Shown one piece after another: positions 13,499 through 25,881 of a DNA stretch of 64,000 bases; position 1 is the stretch's first letter; the number at the start of each line of letters is the position of its first letter. Both the position numbers and the translations under genes were made by a program. This stretch comes from Tricharina praecox (lineage: Eukaryota), in NCBI RefSeq assembly GCF_024521635.1, contig NW_026250404.1, forward strand, positions 744,001-808,000, written 5' to 3'. Below the pieces are notes generated by a model. The model was not told the DNA's origin, searched no databases, and saw only the letters and a program-made list of their open reading frames with translations.

Positions 13499-14773
13499 TC
13501 ACCAGCAGAGGGACACGCTGTGGCTACCAACCGGAGGCAAGAACTGGTGCGGGTAGACCTGTCCAACGGGGAGGTCCCGATGCTGCTGCTGCTGGGGCTG
13601 CGGCCATTCGTTCGTGGCTTGGTGCTGGTGGGGCTGGTGCTGGTGCGGCTGGTGGGACTGCGGTTGCTGGTGGAAGGAAGAGAAGTCGGGGAATGTGGGG
13701 CCTCGGGCCGGATTGCGATTGGGACTGTGCGAGTGATGGCGGCTCAACGGTTGCGAGTAGGAGTGCGAGTGCCTGATGGTGGGCTGGATGGTGCCTGAAC
13801 CGGGTGGGATGGACTGGTAGGCTGCGGGGGATAGTTAGTAGACTACTCGGCGGAAGGAAGAAGAAGAAGAAGAAGGGAAGGAACAGCGACGTACCGGTTA
13901 AGGTCGAATCCCCACGTGGCTGGCCACGTCTCTTTCGGCTCTCGAGCTGACCATTGTACTGTTTGATCAACGCCACGGCGACATTGACCTCATCCTGTTG
14001 CGTCTGGATCCCCCAGAGCGCATCCCTGACTTTGCAGCGCGCTTGGTAGTTGTCGTCTACACCCTGTGGCTGGTTGGGACAGGTCCTTTCGCCGCCCTTC
14101 TTTGTCTGGAGATGGCGGGTTTCCAACGCGAGACGCGTGAAGATTCGCTTACAGGTGGAGCATTGGAACGGTGAGAATTCCATGTGCTCTTCGATCAAAT
14201 GCTCCCTATTACACGCCATCGTGTTAGATTCAGACCGCGCGTTGGAAAGGAGGGGAGGAGACGACGGGAGAGTCGGTGGTCTTGAGGCAGGTGGGGGGAG
14301 GCAGGGTGGACTTGCCTCATGGTTGATGGCAGTGACGCCTCACTAGTACACGGCTGGCCGTTCTTCGTGAATGAACATCGAAGCAAAGCGCATGCTCCGG
14401 CAGGCGTGACGAGGTGGTGTTTACCGGCCTTCGAGACACGATTGAAGGGCCTGCCGGGTTTGAGACGTTTATTTGCAGGCAGCTGGGTTGATGGCTGGTG
14501 TGGCGGTTGCACTTGGGGACTCGACTGAGGGCCGCCGATATTATCGTGTTGCGAGTAGTTAAAAGTGGCCGGCAGGATAGCACTCCGACAGCTTTCAGGA
14601 ATACCAAAATCTATGTCTTCCGTAGGGGAGTGCTGTGGTGGTGAGGCGGACCCGTAGTCGTCGCCAGACGCACCGCCGTCGGAATACGTCTGGTAGAAGT
14701 GTACGTCCTCTTCCTCCTCCGTTGCAAACGATTGAGGGTGGTTCATGCTCGTATAGTCGTGGTGTGTCGTCAT
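13499..14773 (-). CDS. Zinc-finger protein ZF1 (C2H2 + C2HC-like fingers, Q/H-rich C-terminus)
   Basis: Minus-strand exons 14773-14316, 14205-13895 and 13821-13499. Intron 1 (14315-14206) is GC-AG (AG|GCAAGT..TCTAAC..TAG); intron 2 (13894-13822) is GTACGT..ACTAAC..CAG. Spliced product: RCSFTKNGQPCTSEASLPSTMREHLIEEH-MEFSPFQCSTCKRIFTRLALETRHLQTKKGGERTC. Start codon uncertain. Confidence 0.75.
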
Positions 14774-17404
14774 TATTGAGGTATCCGGGAACGTGGTTGG
14801 TCTCGCCGGGAGTTCCGCGCTTCTTGCGCGAGTCCTTAGGGTAGTATCACTGTGGTGAGTTTGATCCCCTGACGACACTCCTGGAAAGAGATGCTCCCAA
14901 AAGGCTGGATGTGAATCCTATAAGTCAATGTCTGTCTTGCGGCTCATCATCAAGGGGGGAGGCTGGCGCCGCCTTGGACAGGATAGTGAGGAATGGGAAC
15001 GAACCGGTTGGTGGATTATGAGCAGGTCGAGGAGGGCCGGATCCTTGCGCCATACAGTCCAAATGAATCCAAAGACAAGAAAGTTTGCCTGGTGTAGGGC
15101 AGTAGTAAACAGTGGGATACTGGAGTATCAATGTAGTTCTGGCTTCAGGTTGTGTTTCTGGACGAAAAGGACTCCAGGAGCGCCGGTTTATAAAAAAAAC
15201 CAACACTCCGACCTCTAAATCGACAGCGTATCTTGAAGAAAGACATAAGTGGTCGCCCTTCCAAAAGCCTCGCGTATCTTTTGAGCCGCTTCACCCCCTT
15301 CGTGTATGAATTTGCTTGCCGGTGCATTATGTGCTTCTAGAAGCGGACCTATCAAGGTCGGTACCCTTGTATCGGAGGGATGCCACACTTGGATGTATGC
15401 CACCACACCCTCCAGAAGGGGTACATCATTCAGCTGATGTCGAGGCGTGGCTGGTAGGTTCTACATACGTTGGCTTTTCTGGTGGGGCCATCTTGAGAGG
15501 ATTTTGGTGTTTTCTTTTTTTCTTCTTTTTTTTGTCGCGCTCTCCAGATCCATGTTTGGCCCTGCAGTTCAATGCGGCTCTTTCTCGATGTACTCCAGTC
15601 GGACATCGATGTCACATTTGCTATGATGCCCTCACAGATATTGGAGCGCACCACCTCCCGGCACCGAGCTTCGGGTGCGGCAGTCCATACGTAAGGATAC
15701 ACCATCTGCATCCAACGGTGATTCGAATCCCTCGTCCGAACGACACGACCCTGGGTGGGTTCATTGCGCACCTCAACACAACGTGCGATATCGATTGACG
15801 TGATGTCTGTCTCCCGGGCCCATGAATCCACTCATGCAGCATCACATCTGTATCGCTGGTGGGCGGACAGGGGTGGCGGCCATGGGCGTGAGTTCGCCGC
15901 TGAGCTGGACTATAGTAATTGGAGCTTCCCCAATCGAGCGGACATATCTGCAATTCTTTGACGTCAATTTTTGCGGGCTCTCTCGCTGTCCAAACGGGGG
16001 AAGACTGAAGAAACCACGATGGTGGATGGGGGCGAGCGTGGCTCAATGGAGCTCCGTGGTCTCGCGCGGCAACGGCCATCAGCGCTGCGGGTGGTTCTCT
16101 GTTGATGCAACGCATAGATAGCTACGGCCCGGGACTGTCGGCGAACGCCGAGCCACAGCCACGGTCCAGAGGCCGGACAGTGGGAGTACTCTGCGTAGGT
16201 CCGTAGGTACGTAGGCGTGCGGCTCTTAAGCCTTTTGAGGCCCAGACGGTACTCTAACAGAACAAACGTCCCGAGTTTCGAGTCGAGGGCTGGGATGATG
16301 TCCATCGATGTCGACGGCACGCACCAGACGAAAATTTGATTCGCCACCGGACCGACTGTTACCGTACCGTTGCGAGAGACAGCTGCAGCAATTATTGGCC
16401 GCTGTGGGCAGGCTCGGTCATCGAACAACGCATCAGCGTCAGGATTGGCAGCGAGACCGCTCGAGTGCGTACATGGTGGTGTCGACCAGAAAAAAGATTG
16501 ATCGCCTACCCGGCCTTTGCGGCTCCGCGGTAAGCATGATTCGCTGGCCGCAGCTCGAGGGCAAGCAACAGTGCGTTTGTCAAGTGGCACGCCAGGTTGT
16601 CTCCGCTTGGGAGCCAGTGGCAGGGCGCAACAGGGGCCGAATTCCTCGCAAGCCTATGGCGGAGGCAATATCGGTGGGTCTGTATGGTATGCAGAGCAGA
16701 GTCACTGGCGCTAGGGTTCTTCAGGGATTCGGATTCCGGTTTATCGCGATCGTGAGCTTGGATGCGGCTCTGAAGAGGCAGAAAAAGGAAGTGAGGACTG
16801 GCGGTATGTACGAACACGATGAGCCGGGGTGGGAGGGGTGGATACCCACGTATGTAAGTCGATAGTTACGCGTGGGGTGGCATCGTCGACTGTCGAGGTC
16901 TCGCCAGCTGGTGCTGTTAGGTACTGCATGTCGGCAAGGTCGAAAGGGGATCACGATCGCACGGAATCGCAGAGCAGAGCCTCCGAGCTTCAAACAGACG
17001 GGGGGAAACAAGTGGTGTCGTTGGTCCGGCCCTCGGGGAGGGCGGGGGGGCCATTTTGTGATTGGCCACGCAGAGCCGCATCAAGTTAAAAGCCGAAGGG
17101 GTGGTGGTGTGTGCAGTGCACTCGTGTATGGTGGAGAATGTATGTGGATACTCTATTGCAGATCATGAGCACGTATGTAGGTGGGGGATGTATGGATGTA
17201 TGGATGTAGGCCCCTCATTCTCCGTGAAGAGCCCCGCATGGGGTGGTGGTGGTGGACTGTGGTAGCACGACGAGAGCTTTGACGCACGCCTCACAGTCTC
17301 ACTTCCCCTCCTCTCCGCATTTCGTTTTTCACCTCGCACTGGCCATGCGCGAATAGAGCAATAATCGCCATCAGCTGCCGGTCCGGCGGAGTAATGTCAC
17401 ATCG

Positions 17405-17620
17405 CCGCCACCACCACCACCCACCACCATGCATCACCACCACCACCTCCATCACCACCACCACCACCACCACTCTACCACCACCACCGCCGCTACCACC
17501 ACCCACCACCCTACCACCACCACCGCCGCTACCACCACCCACCACCCACCATCATCATCACCACCACCACTTCCTCATCTTTCTCCTCCACCACCACCCA
17601 CCACCACAACCACCACAACC
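17405..17620. repeat. Imperfect (CAC)n microsatellite tract
   Basis: About 200 bp of CAC/CAT/CCA triplets between ZF1 and ZF2. Confidence 0.85.
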
Positions 17621-18578
17621 ATTACCCTCCATCCACTATGCACCAACGGCCCGTTGTTTTCACCGTGCTCACTGTACGCGTCTTACACACCAGAGTTGCT
17701 ACTACGTGACCCCGTCCACTTTCCCTTCCCTCCCCGTCCCCCCTCCGCCATCTCACTCTCCTCACGCCTCCCACTGCCCCCGGCCCACATGTGTCGTCGT
17801 CCGGTCCCTCATCAAAAAAGCGTCATGTCCAGTACTTCCGCAGCCAAACAGCGGGTACGGAGGGAACCATGTACCTACTTTGCCCACCGGGACGGCGGTT
17901 GCCTCGAGAACTGCCACTCTCGCCTTCTCCCCTCTCCCGCCCTCCGCAGGGATCTGTGACGTACGCGCATGATTATTGGGGGGGTGCTGTACTCTGTAGC
18001 CGCCATCGTTGATTGGCTGTCGTTATCCGGCCCCAAAACTCCCCAGTGTCGCCGTGCTCGCTCAAACAATCCGTCATGTTCGAGCGCACAGTCAGGCCGG
18101 CAGAGTCTCTCGTTCTTAAACGACTTCCCACCTCTCCAACACGCGCAGTACCCTCAAGAAAAAACACTGCGCACGCTCCCGCACTCCCCCCAGTGTCTGA
18201 TCCCCTATTGTGCTGTCGCTCCCCACCCCCCATCCCCCACCCCCCATCCCCCATCCCCCAAGCTTTCTGCGGCTTTTTCCAGGGGTAGGATGTGTTCTGT
18301 GGTTCTATGTCCGGCGCAACATCGATAAACCCAACCTATCGTATCTCCCTCTCGTATCCGACTTCGTCGCATACTGTTGCTGATCAGCCTTAGCCGGTAA
18401 ACCCCTCCTGATGCGCGCCCCCCATCCCCCCTCCCCCCTCCTCCCCCCTCCCCCTCCGCCCCCCCTCTCCTGTCCCCGCAGACTGCTGGACTCTGCCTAC
18501 CGTCCGTCGTGGGAAGTCTAGAGTACGGTGACGCTGATGGTACGGCAATATGGCGATGACAGGTCACAGCGCCATATT

Positions 18579-20300
18579 ATGATGGCGTCGTCTCCGCGCG
18601 CAATTGTCGCACCCCCCGATAGCCCTCCGGACTGGTGGATGCTCGACATCCAAATGAAGATATTCGAGTTCATATACCACGTCGTCGTGACCCTGGGCGT
18701 GGACTCCGCCCTCCTAACCTCTTCCTCCCTCGACACGCTCCTCGACGACCCCAAGCTGGACTCGGCCATCCAACTGGTGTACAGAAGGCTCCGCCTGCCC
18801 GGATCGCGCGGCGACCCGCCCCACCGTACGGCGTCGGAGTGGCACCACGACAAAAGAAAGATACTGGAATGCCTGGTACCGATTCACCAAGAACAGTCAC
18901 CCTATGAGCCAGCAGTCGATGCCGCCGAGATCCGACCTTTCAACACCCCTCAGGCGTCGGACAATAGCTATCAACTCTGGGTCACACTGGGGATAACCAC
19001 GGGATACACCGAACAACAGCAACATCAACAACACCAACAACAACACCAACAACAACAACAACGACCGCTACAACCATACCACACCCCACGGACGCCCGGG
19101 AACCTGCTAGACCACGACCTTGCGTCATCGGAGACGGAGACAGCCTCCGAAAACACCGTGACTCTGGGTGATTCACAGGCGCCTTTCAGCCCTGCCGATT
19201 CGGTCTCGCGAGGGAGGCGAAAGCGATCTACCAGCTCCATGCAGAACGAGAAGCCCGGAAAACGCACGCGGGGCGGCCCTCAGGATCACGTATGCCCCGC
19301 GTGCGGAAAGAAGTTTCCCTTCTTGTCCAAGTTGAAGGACCACCTCAAGACGCATTCTACCGAAAAGGTTCTCGGTTGTCATCTCTGCTCGAAAAGGTTC
19401 AAACGATCTCGCGAAGTCAATGCACACCTCAAGTCGGTACACAAAATTGACATCCAAACAATCGAGCCGTCGTCAGCACCCTCAATTTCGTCCCACTCGC
19501 ACTCACCGCTGTCAATGAACCCCGCAACCCCGGCCTCGCTTCCGACGCCTCATTCCCTATTCCCACCCACGCCAGGTTCGAGTTCATCATACCAGCCACC
19601 GCCACCTCGGCCTTCTCCTAGATCGACACTTCTTCTCCCGCTTTCGGGACCCTACCCCACTCCCGGACAGTTCGACGAATCAACTCCGGCATCAACCGCT
19701 GGAACCGACTACCGGGAGACGCCAAGCGCATACACCCCCCATAGCTATCAATCATACGATGACGACCGTATGCACGGCTACCGAGAGGCAAGCTATCGGG
19801 GGGATGGAATGGAAGACAATGATGGAGGCGGAAAGTCGGCGGCACGCGATAGTAACAGTCCCGAGCACCTTGCCGACCGTGTCGAGCGGATAGACATGAA
19901 CCGCGACAACTTGAAGCTGGCGCCCCTGTGGAAACTCGCGCCGTCGTCGTCCTTTGCGGCTCCGACACCTCAGAACACTCAACCGCAGCAGGAGCCCTTA
20001 CCGTCCATCGACGAGATCCAAGGCCTTTCCCCTGTTCCTGTCCCTGTTCCCGTTCCCGTTCCCGCTCCAACTCCAGTTCCAACGGAAGCGGAAACGGAGA
20101 CAGAGACGGAAGTGGGAGCGGAAGTAGAGACTCTGGGGAACAAGCCTGGGTTCGAAACGTCCTCACGGGCATCTCCGTCGGAATCCAGCAAACCCCCATC
20201 TGACTGTGGCTCTGACACCGAGTCTGTTACGGAGGCAAAACTGCAGAAGAAGGCTATTCAGGATCATGAAGCCCATGCGCTCTTGGGGGCCAGCTATTGA
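18579..20300 (+). CDS. C2H2 zinc-finger transcription factor ZF2 (two canonical fingers)
   Basis: Single long ORF with HVCPACGKKFPFLSKLKDHLKTH-STEKVLG-CHLCSKRFKRSREVNAHLKSVH (TGEKP-like linker), basic NLS-like RGRRKR..KPGKRTR, polyQ and Pro/Ser-rich regions. Alternative ATG at 18537. Confidence 0.9.
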   Translation: MMASSPRAIVAPPDSPPDWWMLDIQMKIFEFIYHVVVTLGVDSALLTSSSLDTLLDDPKLDSAIQLVYRRLRLPGSRGDPPHRTASEWHHDKRKILECLVPIHQEQSPYEPAVDAAEIRPFNTPQASDNSYQLWVTLGITTGYTEQQQHQQHQQQHQQQQQRPLQPYHTPRTPGNLLDHDLASSETETASENTVTLGDSQAPFSPADSVSRGRRKRSTSSMQNEKPGKRTRGGPQDHVCPACGKKFPFLSKLKDHLKTHSTEKVLGCHLCSKRFKRSREVNAHLKSVHKIDIQTIEPSSAPSISSHSHSPLSMNPATPASLPTPHSLFPPTPGSSSSYQPPPPRPSPRSTLLLPLSGPYPTPGQFDESTPASTAGTDYRETPSAYTPHSYQSYDDDRMHGYREASYRGDGMEDNDGGGKSAARDSNSPEHLADRVERIDMNRDNLKLAPLWKLAPSSSFAAPTPQNTQPQQEPLPSIDEIQGLSPVPVPVPVPVPAPTPVPTEAETETETEVGAEVETLGNKPGFETSSRASPSESSKPPSDCGSDTESVTEAKLQKKAIQDHEAHALLGASY

Positions 20301-22484
20301 TGTTGTACTCCGGTCGGTAGTCTGTCATTCAAGCACGCGTTCCCATAGATCCGTAGTCACATGGCTGATCATGTTTTATTTTTAGTTTCTTTTTCTATTC
20401 TGCAGCAAAACAACTTTCATCCAAAGCAGGGCGATTGGGATAGTGTGTACCGAATCATCTTCCATGGGGGTTCTGATCTTGCAGGTTTTCGTTGTAAATA
20501 ATTTTTGTGTCTACGTTGGCTGTCATCATTTTGGATCATTATGGATCCCTTTTCTCTTTATCCCCTTTTTTCTTTTTTCTTTCTTAGCTTGGCTTTCCGT
20601 CACCTGAATTGTATCACATACTGCAAGTCTCTAGAACGAACTGGAGAACGAGGGACACGGGCCGGGGTGAACGGCCAGGAGGGACTCTCGCGGGGTAACG
20701 GTGGCGTTGGACCGTTCTCTTGGGGCGGGTGATGGCGATGATTCACGCATGCACACGGCCTTGCATGCCTCCCTCCCCCTCCCCCCATGTACATACATAC
20801 CTCATACCTATCTCTTTCGTTCTCCACATCCTGTACTTTCACATCCAAGGTACCCTCCATCCCCCCCGGCTGAGCCTTATTGAACTCTCGCGAAGGAGGT
20901 AGTCACACGTAGGGATCAGTTGTCAGCCTGTGCACGTGTACTCGTGAATGCCCAGTCGTGTGCTCGGCCTCGCTGTGCGCGACGGGGCTGAGGATACGTG
21001 GGGAATGTGAGCATCTGGCTGAAAGTCCGCGCGTTGAAACACATGAAGTCCCCATCTAGAGTAGGTGCTTGCTAACCGATGGACTCGAGTGAAGATGGGC
21101 GTTCCACTACGGCACATACCATGACAGTCTTCCTTCCTTCCTTCCTCCCTAATTCCGGCCAACTCACTCATCGATCGATCTTCATTCGTGTTCAGCTACA
21201 TACAGACATACCCCATACATTCCCCAGCCCCACCGGGGAACCCAACCTCAGACATACAAATTGACTGACTGACTCGAATGCTCCGCCGTTAGTTCCCATA
21301 CCCATCCCGTATAGCCATCGCTATGTAGAGTACGGTATGATGGCTATGACTCGACCAATGTTCGACTCTCTCGGCTCATGGGTTAGCTGTGTGCTCTAGC
21401 TAGCTAGCTCGGTAGTCGCGCACCGCAGCGTGATCAGCAGCTGCACAGGCAAACAAGCAAGCAAGCAGGGCAAGCAGGCAGAACAGCGGGTACCCACTAA
21501 GCGGAGTCGCCTGGGAGGTATAGGCGATGGGCCGGGGATGCAGCACTCTGACTGGCCGCTGGCCGTTGTTGGCGTGTGAGTTTTCGAAGTCGCTTGGTGG
21601 TCGGGTCGCCCGTGACGGACACTGCCTGCGCCTCATTTTTGTTGCGCGCGCACAACGAAATCATCCCTGTCCGGCCAGTGCCCACCCCACACCCCAGCCA
21701 GCCAGCTACATACTCACGGTGGCTGTAACGAAGAGTAAGAAGAGTCAGTCAATCATGCCAGTCATGCAAAAACTTTGTCACCTACCGAAAGAGCGTGAGG
21801 GAGCGGTTAACAGCCTTGCGGAACTCACTAGGCAGGGCAGGGGAGGGGGGAGGGGGGCCGACTCCGACTACCTACGACTCCGACTCCGACCCAAGGCAAC
21901 CAACGAGGTGAAGTGTGCGAGACTGCCCGCAACATGGCAAGGGCTGCCCGCGCTCATTCTTCCCCCCATACATCCATGGGAATGGTGGTGAGAGCCGAAA
22001 ACCTCTAAGCTTTTTGCGCAGCATCCACTGCACTGCACAGCGGTGACATACGGCGCCATTCCCGTGCGTGCGTGCTGGCACCCAGCCAGACATATAAACT
22101 TGACGGTGACCTTCTTCAGTCTGCCAGGCCTTATCATTCCCACCCCACCCCTTCCTCCTAAGCCGCGATCTAATCCCTTCCATCCCGGATAGAGACGCCA
22201 GATCTAGTATTCCCAAGTCACTCCGTTGTTGATTCAAGAACTTTATTGCGGCTTGCGATTTTTTCGTGTGCTTCCGGAAAGAAAACAGCCTTTCCATCTG
22301 CCCGTTGGGGATCTCCCGCGCAGCCAACCCGGATCCCGCAGGTAGCCCGCAGTGCAGCCCGCATCCCACCCGCCCCACCGCCCATCCCGTCCGGGGTCAC
22401 CACAAAACTCGTCCCGTCTCTCGCCACCACATCTACTTCCTTTTAGACTCACCCTTTGGTATGTTCTCATACTACCAACCTATC

Positions 22485-24621
22485 ATGGCTTCCTCGTTAT
22501 TCAGCTCTGACCTTTCCGTCCACGATAGTCTCCCACTGTTCGACCACATGTCCATCTCCGACACCCGGCCGCCCTGGCTGCCAAACAACCTGGAGACCCT
22601 GGTGTTCGAAAAGGGCCTGACCATCCGCATCAACAACCTCCGCGAGAGCCGGTATCACTGCGAGATCGTTGGGCAAGTGCTGGACGCCGTGCTGCAGCAG
22701 CTGCCCGCGTCCCCGCCGCCCAGCGACTTCGAGGTCCGCATGGCCCGCCAGCACCTGGCCGTCGAGCTCCAGCACATCCTCAAGAAGTGGTGCGAAGAGG
22801 GCCTGGCTAAGACGCTGGGCGGCTCGTTTCTCGGCATGATCTCGACGGGTATGGAGGGAGTCGAGGGGCTCGGCGGTATGGGCTCCGTGGGTGGCAGCAC
22901 TGGAGGTAATGGCGGCGGGAGAAAGGACCTCCTCGTCCGCTCGTTCCGGCCGCCGTCCTTAAGCCCGTCCAGCCCGTCCCTTGTGCCGTCGTTCATCGAC
23001 CGGCCGGATCTGCAGGTGTATCGTGGTGGCGGTGGCGATAGCACGTCGTCGGCGCTGGTGCCCATGAAGCGCGCGTCCGACGACGATGATCAGGCGCTGT
23101 CAAATAAGTCGGGGAAGTTCTATACGGGCGGAGAGGCTGGTGGCGAGAAGGATTTTCGCTGCCCGTATAATGTTAGAGATCCGTCGTCCCATACCGAGTG
23201 TGCCAATAAGAGGTTCCCGAATCCGAGGAAGCTGAAGTATGCCCCCCCCGTATGATAGTGCGTGCGGATGCAGAGACTGATATTCGCGCGATAGGGAGCA
23301 TATCTGGAGATTCACCAAACCGTTCAAGTGTCCCACCTGCAACGAGGTACGGCGACCCTATTCCCCTCCGTTGGAGTTCCTGTCCTGACTGTCTCCCAGG
23401 GCTTCGGTAGGGAGAAGACCAAGGCGATCCACTGCCAGCAGCGCAAGGTCAAGTGCGTGCCATCGGAGCGAGACGAGTACGACAACAGCTACGAGCAGCA
23501 CCGAGACCGCCAGATCGACCGGGCCAAGAACACACCCGAGATAATCGGCATCTTTGAGGAGTATGACAGGAATTGTCAGTCCACATCCACATGTCAGTAA
23601 CCAACTACCATTTCTACCTCAAAAAAAAAGACGTCACCGTTGAGAAAAAGAAAAAAAAGATAAAACAACAGTCCTCGGCGAATATTTTCCGGAATTGCAG
23701 CCGCCGGCTGTTGGTTTCATCGCCCGAGATTGAAGAGACGCGGTGATGGTTGGGGTGGGGTACCGAGAACTGGGACTTGCTGACATCGGTGTGGCAGTCC
23801 TGACGACTTACGGCCCCAACCCAGATGATGCCCCGGAGACGGACAGCCCGGGATCTGACGACTCGGGGAGCATGACTCCCGTCGTCACCACTCCCGTCGT
23901 CACACTCCCTAGCCAGCACTGGCCGCAGATACCTCAGCGGAGTCCCGCGCCCATCCTCCGGATCCCCCAGCCAGCCGAGAAGTCGGGCTACCCGACGCCG
24001 CCCGGCGACCGAAACCCGTTCAGCCCGCACCACGACATCAGCCAGCAGTCGCTGGGCATGGTGGGCGAGTGCAACAGTCCGTTCCAGTCCGGGCCCATGG
24101 TGGGATTTCCCGAGGCGGGTACAACCGCGCACGACAACAACCCGTTTAATACCGACGGCATGTTTTCGCCCTCGTCCTCGGCACAACACCAGCAACAGCA
24201 ACAGCATGGCTTTCCCCTCCACGCCCTCGATATCCCCGAAATTGTCATCTCGGAGATGAACCCTACTATGAACAGCCCAATGACCCCAGCAGGCTTCAGA
24301 CCTTCCATGTTCCCCTTGGAAATGGACATGAGCGGCTCCTCGCCCACTCAGAGCCGGAGAACGTCCATGGCGTTGGCTATGGGCTCTCGCCATCCCCCAT
24401 CCCGCCAGCAACAGCAGCAGCAGCATCAGCGCCAGCAGCAACAGAACCAGCAACACCAGCATCAACACCAACACCACCAACAACAACAACATCAGCAGCA
24501 ACAGCAAAAACAGCAGCAGCAGTACCAGGAACCGGACGCATTCGATAGTATGCAGCAGGGAGAAGTCTACTCGCAGGGCTATGGCTCGATTCCACCAGTT
24601 CGGTTCCGCATGAAGTTTTGA
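22485..24621 (+). CDS. Zinc-finger protein ZF3 (atypical C2H2/C2HC fingers, polyQ C-terminus)
   Basis: Exons 22485-23236, 23295-23346, 23400-23574 and 23798-24621; donors GTATGC, GTACGG, GTCAGT with CTGAT/CTGAC branch sites; frame maintained. Spliced: FRCPYNVRDPSSHTECANKRFPNPRKLKEHIWRFTKPFKCPTCNEGFGREKTKAIHCQQRKVKC. Confidence 0.85.
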
Positions 24622-25781
24622 TCTCCACCTACTCTGTTTACGGGGGGATCAGCCTCCGCAGCGGCCCTCTCTCTCTATTCGGAAGAGCTGCGTGTAAAAG
24701 TACTCCTACTTATCTTTTCTTTTTCTTATTCTTCTTAAGTGCAGGTGGCGTTTGTATATTCGGCTGGAGTTTTTTCTTTTATTTTCATGTTTTTTCATTT
24801 TCTCATTTTCTCATTTTCTCATTTATTTTTCTAGCGATGGTCTTTTTGCGCGTTGATACCCTTTAGGCTTGATGTTGTGATACTTTTAGCGTTTCTTTAT
24901 GATATGATATGTTCTCACGTGTGGTTTTATGACGATGCTTCCTTTTCATGATAGTACTTGGGCATGTATTCTAGACGGGGTGCTTTACTTGTGCGCGATA
25001 TGGGCATTGGGAAGTGAAATAAAGGTGCAATACTACTACAGTAACTGGTGCCGTCGGTCATGTATGTGCGCACGGTGGCGCAGCTATGCATAAATCACCA
25101 AGTGCCCGGCGTACCAGTACGCTAGATATGGTATGTATCGGCTACGACGCTCGAATATTTTGCCGGATTTTAGCGGCCTAGAGTGCGGTACGGGAGATCA
25201 TCGAACGAACGAACGAACGAAGGTTTGCGGGACTAAGTACATGCCTGGACTGCCGATGCGCTGGCTGTTGTTGTGGTTGTGGTTGCTGTTAAGGTTGTGG
25301 TGTAGTTGCGGGTTTAGTTAAAGGTATGGTTGTGGCTGTGACTGTGCAGCCTGTGCTTTCCTGCCGAACGGACCGGTACCGATAGGTAGAGTAGGCGTTC
25401 CTAGGTGGTGGGTTGTGGAACAAACACCGCCCTGTGTTGCAGGCTTGCAGTGCAGTGCAGTGCAGTGCCATTTTTGCGAACTTTGCGAACATTGTTCCGT
25501 ACGATTGCGAACTTTGCCGGGTTTCCATACATGCATGCAATTTGCGAACTTTTGCTCTAGCGATTGCGAACACTGTGAACTTTTGGCTGCTCTGCGAACT
25601 TTGGCTGCGTGTGCGCAAAGTTAAAGCACAGGGATGGTGCGGATAATAAGTAGAGTACGTAGGGGTTGGAAGACCTGATCAGTGATTGCACCACGATGGT
25701 TATCTACCGGATCTACCCATCCATCCTAGGCTACTCTATTGACCTGACAGCTGCGCTGGCGGTGGGAAACAATGGAAAACG

Positions 25782-25881
25782 ATCATACAATCATACAATC
25801 ATGCAATCATACAATCAGACAATCAGACAATCAGACAATCAGACAATCAGACAATCAGACAATCAGACAATCAGACAATCA
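25782..25881. repeat. 8-bp tandem repeat (AATCAGAC)n grading from (AATCATAC)n
   Basis: Directly visible, about 12 units. Confidence 0.9.

Noticed and set aside
17394..17972. Poly-His/Thr/Pro ORFs
   Set aside because: Produced by a (CAC)n microsatellite open in several frames; no domain.
23614..24507. 297-aa Leu-rich minus-strand ORF
   Set aside because: Antisense shadow of the polyQ last exon of ZF3.
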